NCBI GenBank assembly: GCA_016222905.1
Contig: JACRPZ010000002.1
Coordinates: forward strand, 5,874 to 69,873
Reading direction: 5' to 3'
DNA: 64,000 bases
Origin: Nitrospirota bacterium
GTDB taxonomy: Bacteria > Nitrospirota > Thermodesulfovibrionia > UBA6902
Below the pieces are notes generated by a model. The model was given only the letters and a program-made list of their open reading frames with translations, was not told where the DNA came from and ran no database searches. Positions 37,317-47,630 of the stretch are shown here, piece by piece (within the stretch, counting starts at the first letter, position 1; each line of letters opens with the position of its first letter). The translations under genes and the position numbers were made by a program.

Positions 37317-38912
37317 TCAATACCCAATTTTTTCCAAAACAATTCTCAATTCTTCATCAACGATCTTTGCTTCTTCATCCAACTCATTCAACTCAACCAC
37401 CAACTCGGCGATATCCCTGTGCTCTATAGCATCAGCAGTATGTATGTAGCGGCTGGGGCTAAGGTTGTAGTCGTTCTTTTCTATTTCTGCCATGGTTGCA
37501 ATGAGAGCAAATTTATCCGCTTTGCCTTTGCCATTGGCAAACAGTTTTTTATAAGTGCTGACAATTTTCTCTATTGCCTCATCGTGCAGATAGTTCTTTG
37601 GATCGCCTTTTGTAAAGTCACGGCTGGCATTGATGAGGATGAATTTTTCTTTCAGTTGTTTGGGTTTGTTGTGGTTCAAAAACAACACAATGCCCGGAGC
37701 GCTGGTGTTGTAAAACAGGTTTTCAGGGAGATACAAAATGCCTTCAATCAAGTCCTGCTCGACAAACCATTTGCGCATTTCCTTTTCCCGGTCTTTGCTT
37801 TTGCTGCCGCTGCCACGGCTTACTGCACCAGTATCCAATACAATTGCTGCACGGCCATTATCTTTTAAAGATGCAAGGATATGCTGAGCCCATCCCCAGT
37901 CAGCGCTGTCGCTTGGAGGTATGCGGTTGCCGAAGCGGTCATATTCGTCATTCTCATAAACATCTTGTGTAAATGTCTTCTGGTTCCACATCGGGTTGGC
38001 AGTGACCCGATCAAATTTCTTCAAGCCTTTGCCTTTATAATCAAAGCGGCTGGGTTTTGTCATTGTGTTGCCAATCGCTATTTCCCCTTCCATTTCGTGA
38101 ATGACCATATTCATATTCGCCATGGCCCAGGTAGCGGGAGTATATTCCTGCCCGTAGAGTTTTAAAGGGGCGTACCGGGTTTTGCTTCGCAGTTCCATCT
38201 TCTCCTGTAACACCAATTCCATTTTAATCAACAATCCGGCAGAGCCGCTGGTGGGGTCGTAGCCTTCCATCCCCGGCTCCGGGTCAAGGATGCGCGCCAT
38301 GACAAAACCAACTTCTTTCGGGGTGTAAAATTCCCCCGCGCTCTGTCCGCCGCCCTCCGCAAACTTGCGTATGAGGTATTCGTAGCTTCTGCCAATGATG
38401 TCAGGTTCCACATCCTTTAAGCCCAGACGTTTCTCACTTATTTTATTGATAAGCTGAGAAATCTGGTCGTCATCCATGTCCCGCTGTCCGTGAGTGGTAG
38501 CATTGTAATCAATGCGGTTAATGATTCCCTCTATTCGTGTGTTCTCCTTTGCAATCCCCCGCATAATATCGGTAAGCTGCTGGCCGAGGCTTTCCTTTTC
38601 TTTCGCCTGCAAAAGTTTGATCACATTCCAGGTGGGATCATTTCCAACATCTTTGGAACGAATAGGAAGATAGAAGCGAACCAGCTTATGATCTTTCTCG
38701 ATCAAACTAAAAGCCCGTTTACGGCTGCCAGCCTGTGAAGAAATTTTGTTGACCTCATCATCAAACACATCACACAACCGCTTCACAAATACCAGGGGAA
38801 GTATAAAATCTTTGAACTTCGGCGCATCCTGCGCTCCTCGAATCGCACAAGCCGCATCCCATAACCAAGACTCAAGAGTTTTTTCTTTATCGTTGTTGTT
38901 ATTTTTTGCCAT
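37317..38912 (-). CDS. hsdM: Type I RM N6-adenine DNA methyltransferase (HsdM).
   Basis: 'GSAGLL' SAM motif and 'NPMW' (NPPF/NPPW-type) catalytic motif. The ORF track starts at 38972, but the internal 'MAKNNNNDKEKTLESWLWDAA' at 38912 is the typical HsdM N-terminus. Confidence 0.8.
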   Translation of the reverse strand: MAKNNNNDKEKTLESWLWDAACAIRGAQDAPKFKDFILPLVFVKRLCDVFDDEVNKISSQAGSRKRAFSLIEKDHKLVRFYLPIRSKDVGNDPTWNVIKLLQAKEKESLGQQLTDIMRGIAKENTRIEGIINRIDYNATTHGQRDMDDDQISQLINKISEKRLGLKDVEPDIIGRSYEYLIRKFAEGGGQSAGEFYTPKEVGFVMARILDPEPGMEGYDPTSGSAGLLIKMELVLQEKMELRSKTRYAPLKLYGQEYTPATWAMANMNMVIHEMEGEIAIGNTMTKPSRFDYKGKGLKKFDRVTANPMWNQKTFTQDVYENDEYDRFGNRIPPSDSADWGWAQHILASLKDNGRAAIVLDTGAVSRGSGSKSKDREKEMRKWFVEQDLIEGILYLPENLFYNTSAPGIVLFLNHNKPKQLKEKFILINASRDFTKGDPKNYLHDEAIEKIVSTYKKLFANGKGKADKFALIATMAEIEKNDYNLSPSRYIHTADAIEHRDIAELVVELNELDEEAKIVDEELRIVLEKIGY

Positions 38913-38992
38913 AAGCTCTTTTAAAACCAGCCTCTTGATTTTAATCAAACGTGAGGATAAACGACAAGGCAAATAGGCACATTATAATTCCC

Positions 38993-39439
38993 CTATGGAT
39001 ATTTTATCAGCTTCTTGATAAAAGGCTTCACAATAGGGCTCTCTTTTATTGCCTGAACAATCTTCTCCTTAACTTCTTTTGGGATATTGCACGTCACAAT
39101 TGTAAATTTATGGTCAGGATCCACTATTTTCCCGAAATGTGATTTATGTATCAGCTTTGGCTGATTGCAATCAATAATGCTCATCTTCTTTAAAAAAGAC
39201 AGCTCGTCCTTATTTACAATGACAAGGCTCGATCCCGCGACTTGATTGGTTTTGTGATAATACCACGCTTTGTTCTCAACCTGAGAAGTAATAATGCATA
39301 ACAACAAACTTGAATCGTCACTGATAGGCACTGTTATATGATAATGAGGCGGGGCTTCCGGATTGTGAGTTGTGTTCTTGAAATAGCATACGCAAAATCC
39401 TGTCAGAGTTTTGGCGATATACTCCAGCGGGATGTCCAC
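38993..39439 (-). CDS. Hypothetical 148-aa protein immediately downstream of a Panacea-domain antitoxin; candidate cognate toxin of unknown family.
   Basis: 2-nt spacing to the upstream DUF4065 gene, same strand. No motif I can recognise. Confidence 0.4.
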   Translation of the reverse strand: MDIPLEYIAKTLTGFCVCYFKNTTHNPEAPPHYHITVPISDDSSLLLCIITSQVENKAWYYHKTNQVAGSSLVIVNKDELSFLKKMSIIDCNQPKLIHKSHFGKIVDPDHKFTIVTCNIPKEVKEKIVQAIKESPIVKPFIKKLIKYP

Positions 39440-39441
39440 GA

Positions 39442-40008
39442 TCAGTCAAATGTGCCTGTCAGAATTTTTTCTGACTCTTTGACATGTCTGCGCGGCATTG
39501 ACAGCGGATCATTCCTTAACGTGGAGAGTAATTCTTTTGTCTCGATACGCTCTCTTTTTGTGAGTTTATTCTTTAGCATATCTTCATATCTATACCATTC
39601 AGGATACTGGTGCGTATAATTTCTTAATTGCCATGAGGTCATAGTTCCAAACTTATCAATAATAAAATCCAGAGATTCTTTATCAGTATCTGACAACATA
39701 TCAAATGAAACTTTAGCTTTTGGATTTGCACTGAAATGATTTTCATCAATCTTTTCGATTAATGACGCCGCATAGCGGTATCCTTTTTTTGAGAAAAAAG
39801 GGTCAAAGCTGAGTACGTCTTTAACTGTTGTCCCTACCGGCCCGTGTTCCATTGCATAGTAATCATCATTTGTAATGGTTCGTCCGTAGCGAATGAGATG
39901 GTACTTGTCAGCAAGATATATTAGCTTGACGAGTTTGATTTTATCGGCTTTTTTCAGTTTCTTGAGGATATAATAAAGCGCTTCAATTATGGTGGATGTC
40001 TCTATCAT
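39442..40008 (-). CDS. Panacea-domain (DUF4065, SocA-like) antitoxin.
   Basis: 'KLVKLIYLADKYHLIRYGRTITNDDYYAMEHGPV' is the DUF4065/Panacea signature. Confidence 0.7.
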   Translation of the reverse strand: MIETSTIIEALYYILKKLKKADKIKLVKLIYLADKYHLIRYGRTITNDDYYAMEHGPVGTTVKDVLSFDPFFSKKGYRYAASLIEKIDENHFSANPKAKVSFDMLSDTDKESLDFIIDKFGTMTSWQLRNYTHQYPEWYRYEDMLKNKLTKRERIETKELLSTLRNDPLSMPRRHVKESEKILTGTFD

Positions 40009-40077
40009 GATAATTTCCCTGTAATGTCTTTAGGTGTAAGATTTTATACGTTAATTATATCAGAAAAAAGTTCTCAG

Positions 40078-40308
40078 TTAAACAAAAGCAAAGACGTCCA
40101 TGCTGACGGTCTTTTCAGGCTTTGCTTCTCCGTGAACCATGCGACGGATCTTTTCAGTTGTTTCCATACTGAAAACAGGCTCGCCGCACCTTTCACAGAT
40201 TGCAGCAGGAATATGCTCAACCAGCACAGGTTTACCGTCAATTTGAAAAACCTCATTTACAAACCCTTCTTTTGCTTCTGTAAAGCCGCATGCATGGCAA
40301 TGAAACAT
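40078..40308 (-). CDS. YgiT-type zinc-finger (MqsA N-terminal-like) antitoxin.
   Basis: 'CHACGF...ICERCGE' two CxxC pairs; 76 aa. Pairs with the upstream DUF4258-like gene. Confidence 0.7.
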   Translation of the reverse strand: MFHCHACGFTEAKEGFVNEVFQIDGKPVLVEHIPAAICERCGEPVFSMETTEKIRRMVHGEAKPEKTVSMDVFAFV

Positions 40309-40310
40309 CT

Positions 40311-40620
40311 TTACCTCCTTTTCTCAAAACCAATCCATTGCACTTCGTCCGGTTCGTAAATAGTGATAATCTTTAAAATTTCAGAATCCTCAACGGATAT
40401 CTGCATGTGCAACGGACGTTTATTTTGAGTAAAACCTAATAATAAACAACTCGGCGAATATTTATCATCAGGATGATTCTTCAATAATTTTAACATTATT
40501 TGCGGTTCCGCGTATTTCGAGTTCACTGATATTACGCTCGATTGCGCGTTTGAACGCATGACGGGTAAATTCGAACTGTCCTGATGTTAACTGCTTACGA
40601 ACTTGTTCAATTGTTTTCAT
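40311..40620 (-). pseudogene. DUF4258-family toxin gene disrupted by a +1 frameshift.
   Basis: The N-terminal frame from the ATG at 40620 reads 'MKTIEQVRKQLTSGQFEFTRHAFKRAIERNISELEI...KIIEESS*'. The C-terminal frame (track ORF 40311-40559) reads '...HPDDKYSPSCLLLGFTQNKRPLHMQIS...IITIYEPD'. Deleting one base in GAAGAATCATCC (rc of 40471-40482) restores 'EEYPDDKY', so the two halves form one family member in two frames. Confidence 0.6.
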
Positions 40621-40661
40621 CTATATGCATAACCTATGTTTTAAGAAGTGGTAAATTTTTC

Positions 40662-41675
40662 TTAATCTCCGACAGCCTGCTTTCCGATATTTGTCCCGGG
40701 ATAATAATGCGCAAGGATTTCTTTGTAGTTCTTCCCTTCTCTTGCCATTTCAAGCGCTCCCCACTGGCATAATCCGACTCCGTGTCCCCATCCTCTGCCT
40801 TCAAAGGTCACGCCTGCCTGACCAGTAGGCATAATCTCGGCCTCTTTGGTAAGCGAAAAGTCAGTGCTTGGAAGTATTTTATACCCAAGGTACTTTCTGA
40901 GATCAGTTGCTCTGATCTCCAATTCTGTTTCTGCAGTACCTGTGGTTATCTTAAGCGTTTTCACTCTCCCTGTGGATGTATATGAGGCTATAGTTATATC
41001 CTTTACGTTCCCTTTTATGCCAACAGCCTTTCCTATCTCATCAAAGGTAAATTCTCTCATCCAGTTATCATAAGGAGTGTTTTTGCTGTTGCAGTCGACT
41101 GACTTCAGGTAAGGATAGCTTCCGCCCCACACCTCTTCGGGAAGCTCCGTCTTTCCAATACATATTGAATGATACAGTGTTTTTGCAGGATTGCCTTCAT
41201 ACATTAAAATCTCTCCCCAAGTCCCCTCTACGGCACGGGTTATCTGAGGATTGATATTATCCTCTTTGAAGACCTGATGAAGCACGCTGGATGTGAGGTC
41301 ATACTCCTTATCTTTATTAAGGTTTTTATAAAAGAGAGCGTATGTTCTTGAGATGACAGCCTGCGCCTTAAGTGCCTCCATCTCCCATCCTCCTCCAGTC
41401 TCTGAAGCCACAACTCCTTTAATATATTTCTCGAAAGGCAGGTCATCTATAATGTAAAGTCCTTTTTCATCCCTCCTCACCTCAAGAGAGCCGGTATAAG
41501 CCTCTCCTTTAAAGAATATCTTTCCGTTTAACTTTCCAAGCCTCTCGGTCTTTTCAGAGGGAAGAGGGGAGTCAGGGTCATCAAGCATCAATACCCTTAT
41601 ATTATCCTCAGCCAGCGAAATCCGGCAGAGAAGAAAGAGAGATGCAAATATTATTAGATATATAAGTCTTTTCAT
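40662..41675 (-). CDS. SpoIID/LytB-domain protein (amidase enhancer-like), secreted.
   Basis: Signal peptide. 'GRGWGHGVGLCQWGA' is the SpoIID signature. Confidence 0.8.
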   Translation of the reverse strand: MKRLIYLIIFASLFLLCRISLAEDNIRVLMLDDPDSPLPSEKTERLGKLNGKIFFKGEAYTGSLEVRRDEKGLYIIDDLPFEKYIKGVVASETGGGWEMEALKAQAVISRTYALFYKNLNKDKEYDLTSSVLHQVFKEDNINPQITRAVEGTWGEILMYEGNPAKTLYHSICIGKTELPEEVWGGSYPYLKSVDCNSKNTPYDNWMREFTFDEIGKAVGIKGNVKDITIASYTSTGRVKTLKITTGTAETELEIRATDLRKYLGYKILPSTDFSLTKEAEIMPTGQAGVTFEGRGWGHGVGLCQWGALEMAREGKNYKEILAHYYPGTNIGKQAVGD

Positions 41676-42250
41676 CTTAGAGCCATTCTTCTCTCTTCCC
41701 TGCTGAAGATACAGCCGCAGTATTTCTGTCTGTAAAGCCCAAGCTCTTTGGCCATAGCCTGCGACTTTCTGAAATGCGGCCTGAAATCTTTGACATAAAA
41801 AAGGATATTATATTTTTCAGCCAATTCTTTTCCTGTTGCAGCAATCTCTTCAAAGTCCTGATACGGACTTATCAGCAGGGTTGTTGAGAAGGCATCAAAG
41901 CCGTTTTGACAAACCTTTTCAGCAGTCTTCTCAAGCCTCAGCTTATAGCACATTTTACAACGTTCAGCCCGTTCAACATTATTAGCCTCTTCTACATGGT
42001 CAACTCCGCTTAAATCGTCAATTCCGAACATTTTAAAATATTCTGCCGGATCATAGTCTTCAGTGTAATGCATTTTAACAAACCATCTCCCCGCAAGCTC
42101 TTTAAGAGAATCAAGCCTTAAGCTGTATTCTTCATACGGATGGATATTCGGATTAAACCAGAAACCTGAATAATCATGCCTCTCTTCCTGTAACAGCTTG
42201 AAAGGGTATGCGGCGCAATTGCCGCAGCATATGTGAAGAAGAATCTTCAT
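41672..42250 (-). CDS. queH: Epoxyqueuosine reductase QueH (DUF208).
   Basis: 'LLHICCGNCA' Cys cluster and C-terminal 'KYCGC'. Typical QueH size (192 aa). Confidence 0.8.
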   Translation of the reverse strand: MKILLHICCGNCAAYPFKLLQEERHDYSGFWFNPNIHPYEEYSLRLDSLKELAGRWFVKMHYTEDYDPAEYFKMFGIDDLSGVDHVEEANNVERAERCKMCYKLRLEKTAEKVCQNGFDAFSTTLLISPYQDFEEIAATGKELAEKYNILFYVKDFRPHFRKSQAMAKELGLYRQKYCGCIFSREERRMALR

Positions 42251-42279
42251 TGTATTCAGAAGACATCTGTGGCTAATAA

Positions 42280-43296
42280 TTAAAAGAGTTCTTTGTCCTT
42301 CTTGATCCCAAAGTGTTCATATGCAAGTCTTGTTGCCATGCGCCCTCTCGGGGTTCTTTCGATAAAGCCCGCCTGCAGAAGGTACGGTTCATAGACATCC
42401 TCTATAGTATTCTTCTCGTCCTGTATTGAAGCCGCGAGCGTCTCGATGCCGACCGGACCGCCGCTGTATTTTTCAATTATTGTGAGCATAAGCTTCCTGT
42501 CCATATTGTCAAATCCCATCTTGTCAACATCCATCGCCAACAGCGCCTCATCTGCTATTTTCAGATTTATCGTCCCGTCTCCTTTTACCTGAGCAAAATC
42601 CCTGATACGCCTGAGCAGGCGGTTAGCGATCCTTGGCGTCCCCCTTGACCTTCTGGCGATTTCATGAGCTGCTTCGTTCCCGAGCTCGACATTTAATATC
42701 TTTGCAGAACGGAAAAGTATCGTTTCAAGCTCTGACGGCATATAAAAATCAAGCCTGTTGATCACCCCGAACCTGTCTCTGAGAGGAGAGGTCAGAAGGC
42801 CGGTTCTTGTGGTTGCGCCTATGAGCGTAAATTTAGGGAGGCTCAGCTTGAGAGTTCTTGCGCTCGGCCCCTGCCCGATAATAATATCAAGCTGGTAATC
42901 CTCCATAGCAGGGTAAAGCACCTCCTCTGCTATTCTGGGAAGCCGGTGTATTTCATCAATAAAGAGTATGTCCATCGGCCCGAGATTTGTCAGTATGGCC
43001 ACCAGATCGCCGGGCCTTTCAAGTACAGGGCCTGATGTGACTTTGATGTCCACTCCTAATTCCAAAGCAATTATATTGGCAAGCGTTGTCTTCCCTAAAC
43101 CCGGGGGGCCGCAGAATAGCACATGGTCAAGCGCTTCCCTTCTCTGCCTGGCAGCCTGGATGAAGATTTTGAGATTCTCCTTTATCTTTTCCTGCCCGAC
43201 AAACTCTTCAAAGGTTTTAGGCCTGATGCTCAGCTCAAAGCCTGTATCATCATCTTTAAGTTCAGGAGTGATCTCTCTTTCAGGTAAATCTATCAT
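42280..43296 (-). CDS. ruvB: Holliday junction branch-migration helicase RuvB.
   Basis: '[14 protein letters not shown]', 'IDEIHRL', overall RuvB. Confidence 0.95.
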   Translation of the reverse strand: MIDLPEREITPELKDDDTGFELSIRPKTFEEFVGQEKIKENLKIFIQAARQRREALDHVLFCGPPGLGKTTLANIIALELGVDIKVTSGPVLERPGDLVAILTNLGPMDILFIDEIHRLPRIAEEVLYPAMEDYQLDIIIGQGPSARTLKLSLPKFTLIGATTRTGLLTSPLRDRFGVINRLDFYMPSELETILFRSAKILNVELGNEAAHEIARRSRGTPRIANRLLRRIRDFAQVKGDGTINLKIADEALLAMDVDKMGFDNMDRKLMLTIIEKYSGGPVGIETLAASIQDEKNTIEDVYEPYLLQAGFIERTPRGRMATRLAYEHFGIKKDKELF

Positions 43297-43316
43297 GATA
43301 TATATAACAGAGTCGC

Positions 43317-43898
43317 CTATTTATCCGTAAGGCTTTTTAACGCCTCCTTAATTATTTCTTCAATAGATGCTGCTCCGTTCTTTAAGGCTGTCTCAACCGC
43401 CTTTTCAGCCAGATGTCTCTTGTAACCCAGATTGACAAGGGCTGATATAGAGTCGCCTGCTATCCCTGTTTGAGATAAGTAACCCGTCTCCTTAATGGGT
43501 TGCAGTTTCCCTTTAAGTTCCAGCACTAAGCGAGCAGCTGTTTTTTTGCCCAACCCCGGGATGCTTGAAAGTAAAACCACATCTTCACTGTAAATTGCTT
43601 CAACAAATCGTTCCACCGGCATCCCCGATAGGATTGCAAGGGCGAGTTTAGGCCCTACACCGGTCACCCCGAGGAGTGTTGCAAAAACCCTGCGCTCATC
43701 CTCGGAAGTAAACCCGAAGAGCTGCAATGCGTCTTCCCTTACATGCGTATATGTGTACATGAAGACAGCATCCCCTTCCTTGGGTATATCGCCGAGACTG
43801 CGCAAAGGTACAGCAACGCTGTAGCCGACGCCGGCTACTTCCACAATAATTCTATCAGGTTTTTTGCTTAGGACTATGCCCTTCAATGAAGCTATCAA
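43317..43898 (-). CDS. ruvA: Holliday junction DNA helicase RuvA.
   Basis: 'MIASLKGIV...VEVAGVGY' and HhH motifs '[14 protein letters not shown]'. Confidence 0.9.
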   Translation of the reverse strand: MIASLKGIVLSKKPDRIIVEVAGVGYSVAVPLRSLGDIPKEGDAVFMYTYTHVREDALQLFGFTSEDERRVFATLLGVTGVGPKLALAILSGMPVERFVEAIYSEDVVLLSSIPGLGKKTAARLVLELKGKLQPIKETGYLSQTGIAGDSISALVNLGYKRHLAEKAVETALKNGAASIEEIIKEALKSLTDK

Positions 43899-43999
43899 AC
43901 TTTTTTCTCCTTTTTATCCGCAGACTATCACGGACTAAAAACGTCCCAACTATTTTCTCGTAAAAAGGCAAAAAAGACTGTGCAAGTCGGTGGCTGTAA

Positions 44000-44527
44000 T
44001 CATTTTAAGTTTAACTTATTTGATGAATTAATATGGCAAATGACAAGCGCAAGGGCATCGGAACTGTCTTCGCTGATATCTGATGTGCGTTCAAGTTTCA
44101 GTATCCTTATTACCATATCTCTTACCTGCCTCTTCTCAGCCCTACCGTAGCCTGTAAGCGCCATCTTTAGCTCTGTCGGGTTATATTCAAAGAACGGCAA
44201 AGAGTTTTCAGCAGCCAGCAGCATTACAATTCCGCGGGTTAAGCCAAGGGCAAAAGCAGAGCGGATGCTCTTATGATAAAAGATCTTCTCCATGCACAAT
44301 TGAGAAGGACTGTGCTCTGCAATTACCTGCTTAAGGGAATCATAAACTATTTTCAGACGATCCGGTAGAGGCTTTTTACTGCTCATGCGTATATCGCCGG
44401 ATGTTATATATACGGGGTCTCTGTTCGCTATTGCCTGCTTTCTGCCGTCTGCGGATTGCGGACCGTTAATTTCAACAATTCCATAACCGCAGCATATTGT
44501 GCCGGGATCTATGCCTATTATACGCAT
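44000..44527 (-). CDS. ruvC: Crossover junction endodeoxyribonuclease RuvC.
   Basis: 'MRIIGIDPGT...GYGIVE' with N-terminal catalytic Asp; ~175 aa. Confidence 0.9.
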   Translation of the reverse strand: MRIIGIDPGTICCGYGIVEINGPQSADGRKQAIANRDPVYITSGDIRMSSKKPLPDRLKIVYDSLKQVIAEHSPSQLCMEKIFYHKSIRSAFALGLTRGIVMLLAAENSLPFFEYNPTELKMALTGYGRAEKRQVRDMVIRILKLERTSDISEDSSDALALVICHINSSNKLNLK

Positions 44528-44949
44528 CAGATTATATCCGCAGATTTCGCAGATTGCACAGATTTGTTATTTCTAAATACAAAACGCTTGTATTCCAAGC
44601 TTTCTGAACCAAAATTAAGAAGAAGACCGGTTTCAAAACCTGTGGCTTTTAAGTAATTTATAATTTGTGATTCTTCCTTTCCGCTAAGCTTATTTATTGC
44701 TTTTAATTCCACTATCACATTTTCATAACACAAAAAGTCAGCTTTGTAGGATGTCGAAAGAAGCGAGCCTTTGTAATATATAGGTAAAATCACTTCTTTT
44801 TTGAAAGGTATTTGTCTTGATGTAAATTCAAGACCTATTGCTTCTTGATAGACAGCTTCGAGAAAACCATGTCCCAATATGCTATGGACATCTATAGCTG
44901 CGCCAATAATTTCATATGTTCTTGGGTCTTTTTTTGAAATCTGCGTCAT
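44527..44949 (-). CDS. GxxExxY-family protein (PD-(D/E)xK-like fold), inserted between ruvC and yebC.
   Basis: 'GHGFLEAVYQEA' G-x-x-E-x-x-Y motif; 140 aa. Confidence 0.7.
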   Translation of the reverse strand: MTQISKKDPRTYEIIGAAIDVHSILGHGFLEAVYQEAIGLEFTSRQIPFKKEVILPIYYKGSLLSTSYKADFLCYENVIVELKAINKLSGKEESQIINYLKATGFETGLLLNFGSESLEYKRFVFRNNKSVQSAKSADII

Positions 44950-44976
44950 CTGTGAAATCTGAGGATTAAAGGTGTT

Positions 44977-45720
44977 TTATCCCGTCACCTCATCAGGTAT
45001 ATCAAAATTTGCATAGACGTTCTGGATATCGTCGTGTTCCTCAAGGGCATCCATCAGCTTCAGCATCTTTTGCGCGTCTTTGGAATCAAGTTTTACGTAG
45101 TTTTTCGGAAGCATAGTGACTTCTGACAGGTTGAACTTGATATTCTCTTTTTCGAGGAATTCCTTGACCTTGCCGAGGTCTTCTGGGATTGTTATCACTT
45201 CATAATTCTCCTCATCCGGCTCATTTCTGACATCCTCCGCGCCTGCGTCAAGAGCGAGAGTCATCAGCCTATCCTCGCCGCACTCTTTTTTGTCAACAAG
45301 AATATACCCTTTTTTATCAAAGACCCATGCAACACTTCCGGTCTCTGCGATATTGCCGTTGTGTTTGCCCATTATATGCCTGAGTTCCGCAATGGTCCTT
45401 GTTTTGTTGTCTGTCATAACCTCAAGCATCATAGCTGTCCCGCCCGGCCCGTATCCTTCATAAATAATCTCTTCATAGGAGACCCCTGGAAGTTCTCCCG
45501 TGCCCTTCATGATCGCCCTTTTTACATTATCAGACGGCATGTTTACGCCCTTGGCTTTTTCAACCGCGAGGCGGAGCCTCGGGTTCATATCAATATTGTT
45601 GCCGCCGATCCTTGCCGCCACGCTGATCTCTTTTGAAATCTTTGAGAAGGCCTTCCCCTTTTTTGAATCAGTTATGGCCTTTTTGTGTTTAATTCCCGCC
45701 CATTTGGAATGTCCAGACAT
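44977..45720 (-). CDS. yebC: YebC/PmpR-family transcriptional regulatory protein.
   Basis: '[15 protein letters not shown]' is the canonical N-terminus; the track ORF begins 13 codons upstream. Confidence 0.9.
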   Translation of the reverse strand: MSGHSKWAGIKHKKAITDSKKGKAFSKISKEISVAARIGGNNIDMNPRLRLAVEKAKGVNMPSDNVKRAIMKGTGELPGVSYEEIIYEGYGPGGTAMMLEVMTDNKTRTIAELRHIMGKHNGNIAETGSVAWVFDKKGYILVDKKECGEDRLMTLALDAGAEDVRNEPDEENYEVITIPEDLGKVKEFLEKENIKFNLSEVTMLPKNYVKLDSKDAQKMLKLMDALEEHDDIQNVYANFDIPDEVTG

Positions 45721-45853
45721 GACTTGTAAAAGCTCCTTTTTTATTCGTAATTGCTGCAATTTTTGTAAAAGATTATAAGCGATTCAGTAATGTAAAGGCA
45801 ATCAGTTATTTACACTACTGAGAGTACTCATTCAGGCGGGCATTTGTACACAT

Positions 45854-45890
45854 AAAAAAAGGCGTCCCGAATTTCGGGACGCCTTTTTTG
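45854..45890. terminator. Bidirectional Rho-independent terminator (GGCGTCCCGAA-TTTCGGGACGCC flanked by A7 and T6).
   Basis: 11-bp perfect stem, 3' of the minus-strand porin gene. Confidence 0.75.
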
Positions 45891-45907
45891 CAAGGACTAA
45901 ACAGAGT

Positions 45908-47206
45908 TTAGTTGAAGTTAACTGTGAACTGATTCGTGATTGAAAGCATATTGTCATCCACTCCTGTAATATTATCAGGAATCAAATAACCAAGGTCAAC
46001 TGAATATGTTACGCCCTTTGAAATCTGATACTTTAAGCCTGCATCAATTTCCCATGCGCTTGCATCAACATCATCAGCAGTAGCGCCTACGCCGTTCGCC
46101 GTGACTGTCGAATCAGCAAAGTCCATATATGCACCTCTGCCATATACTGAAAGCTCAGGAGTTGCTTGATAGCCAACATTAAGAGCAGCAAGTAAAGTAT
46201 CAACTGTAACCGTCGCACCCGGCAATATCGCCTCAGCTGCCATCTGAACTACACTTGGCGCTGCTCCAAAATTCATGACTGCAGCGGGCTGGTTTGAACC
46301 GACCATGGCAGTCGGCTGAAAATGCTTGTCAGCAACATAACCATTAGCCGTAAAGGCAACAACGCCTCCGACTGTGACTGCGTCCATTCCCATGTCAGCG
46401 CTTACAAATCCGCCCCACTGGGTGTCATCTACGGTGTCAAGAGTATTTGCATCAAGATACTCATATCTGTCCCCTGTCTTCAGTGAAAGCTCGCCTTTTA
46501 ATCCAACATTTCCCACCTTAGTATTGACATATGCGGTTGCGTCGGTGCCGTCATTGTCGTCCACCTGATCGTCATTGCTGAATACAACAAGAACTCCGCC
46601 GTTTATATCACCCGCACTGTAATCTGCGTAAATACCGTAATCATCAACATCGTTACTCAGAAATCCTTCATTGCCGTTGCTATTCTCAGACATCTTGTCA
46701 GTGTAAGCGCCTATAGTTGCATCGCCGACTTTGGCTGATATCTTAAAACGGTCTTTTGCAACATCATCCTGATAAAAACTGTTACCAAAGGTTGCCTTCT
46801 GACGGCCTGCATCAATAACAATACCGGCTACGGGGACATGCAAGTATGCATAATCAACGTTTAAACTGCCACCTGTTTCCTCTGCACCATCCCACTTCGC
46901 ATTATGCTGACTAACTGCATCGGTGTTTGTTGCAGTTGTAAATCTTGTTCTTACTTCAGCATCGCCAATCTGCCCTGTAACAGTAAGTCTTACCCTCTGG
47001 TCCCAGTAGCAATTGTCGTCATCAATGTCTTCGATAGTGTCGTGGTTAATCTTGCAGACACCCCTAACACGCATATCGCCGCCAAGGATAACCTTTGAGC
47101 CTTCCAGATTTGCCAATGCTTCACCATGCGCAGCATACGCAGATGTGAAGGCGCCGGCAACAAACATAATGCTTAAAACTAATACTAATAGCTTTTTCAT
47201 CAACAA
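45908..47206 (-). CDS. Outer-membrane beta-barrel porin-like protein.
   Basis: Signal peptide ending AYA. Alternating amphipathic beta-strands. C-terminal aromatic residues '...FTVNFN'. Confidence 0.55.
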   Translation of the reverse strand: MLMKKLLVLVLSIMFVAGAFTSAYAAHGEALANLEGSKVILGGDMRVRGVCKINHDTIEDIDDDNCYWDQRVRLTVTGQIGDAEVRTRFTTATNTDAVSQHNAKWDGAEETGGSLNVDYAYLHVPVAGIVIDAGRQKATFGNSFYQDDVAKDRFKISAKVGDATIGAYTDKMSENSNGNEGFLSNDVDDYGIYADYSAGDINGGVLVVFSNDDQVDDNDGTDATAYVNTKVGNVGLKGELSLKTGDRYEYLDANTLDTVDDTQWGGFVSADMGMDAVTVGGVVAFTANGYVADKHFQPTAMVGSNQPAAVMNFGAAPSVVQMAAEAILPGATVTVDTLLAALNVGYQATPELSVYGRGAYMDFADSTVTANGVGATADDVDASAWEIDAGLKYQISKGVTYSVDLGYLIPDNITGVDDNMLSITNQFTVNFN

Positions 47207-47630
47207 CCTCCTTTTTTATTACGGCTTTTTAGTTTGTAAATTTTATAAACTTCCTGATCACCCTGCCTGTTTTTATCAGGCATTGTTTTTTCTCTTGTTC
47301 ACCTCCCTTTCTTTTGTATTTTTTTATTAAACGGCTATATTAGCTCTAATAAAATTTATCTTTGTGATAAAATTTATAACATCATCGCCTGTCTTTAGTC
47401 AAGAGAAAAAAATAATTCTTTTCTCAAAACTTTAATGCAAACCTTAATTCTTTTATTGCAATAAGCAGGCCAGATAAACAGCGTACTAATTGTAGCATAC
47501 CATTTTACTGAAAAATCAAAGGGTTGCGTAACATAACCGATGATTTGCAATGGATAATTGTCAATTGAAAATGTGGTTTTTATACAATTATTATGAGGCA
47601 AAAATGCATCAGTCATATTTCGTTAGCAGG

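Noticed and set aside
38912-38972. N-terminal 20 codons of the hsdM track ORF (MPCRLSSRLIKIKRLVLKEL)
   Set aside because: The canonical HsdM N-terminus begins at the internal Met (MAKNNNNDKEKTLESWLWD). The extension looks like read-through of the upstream intergenic sequence.
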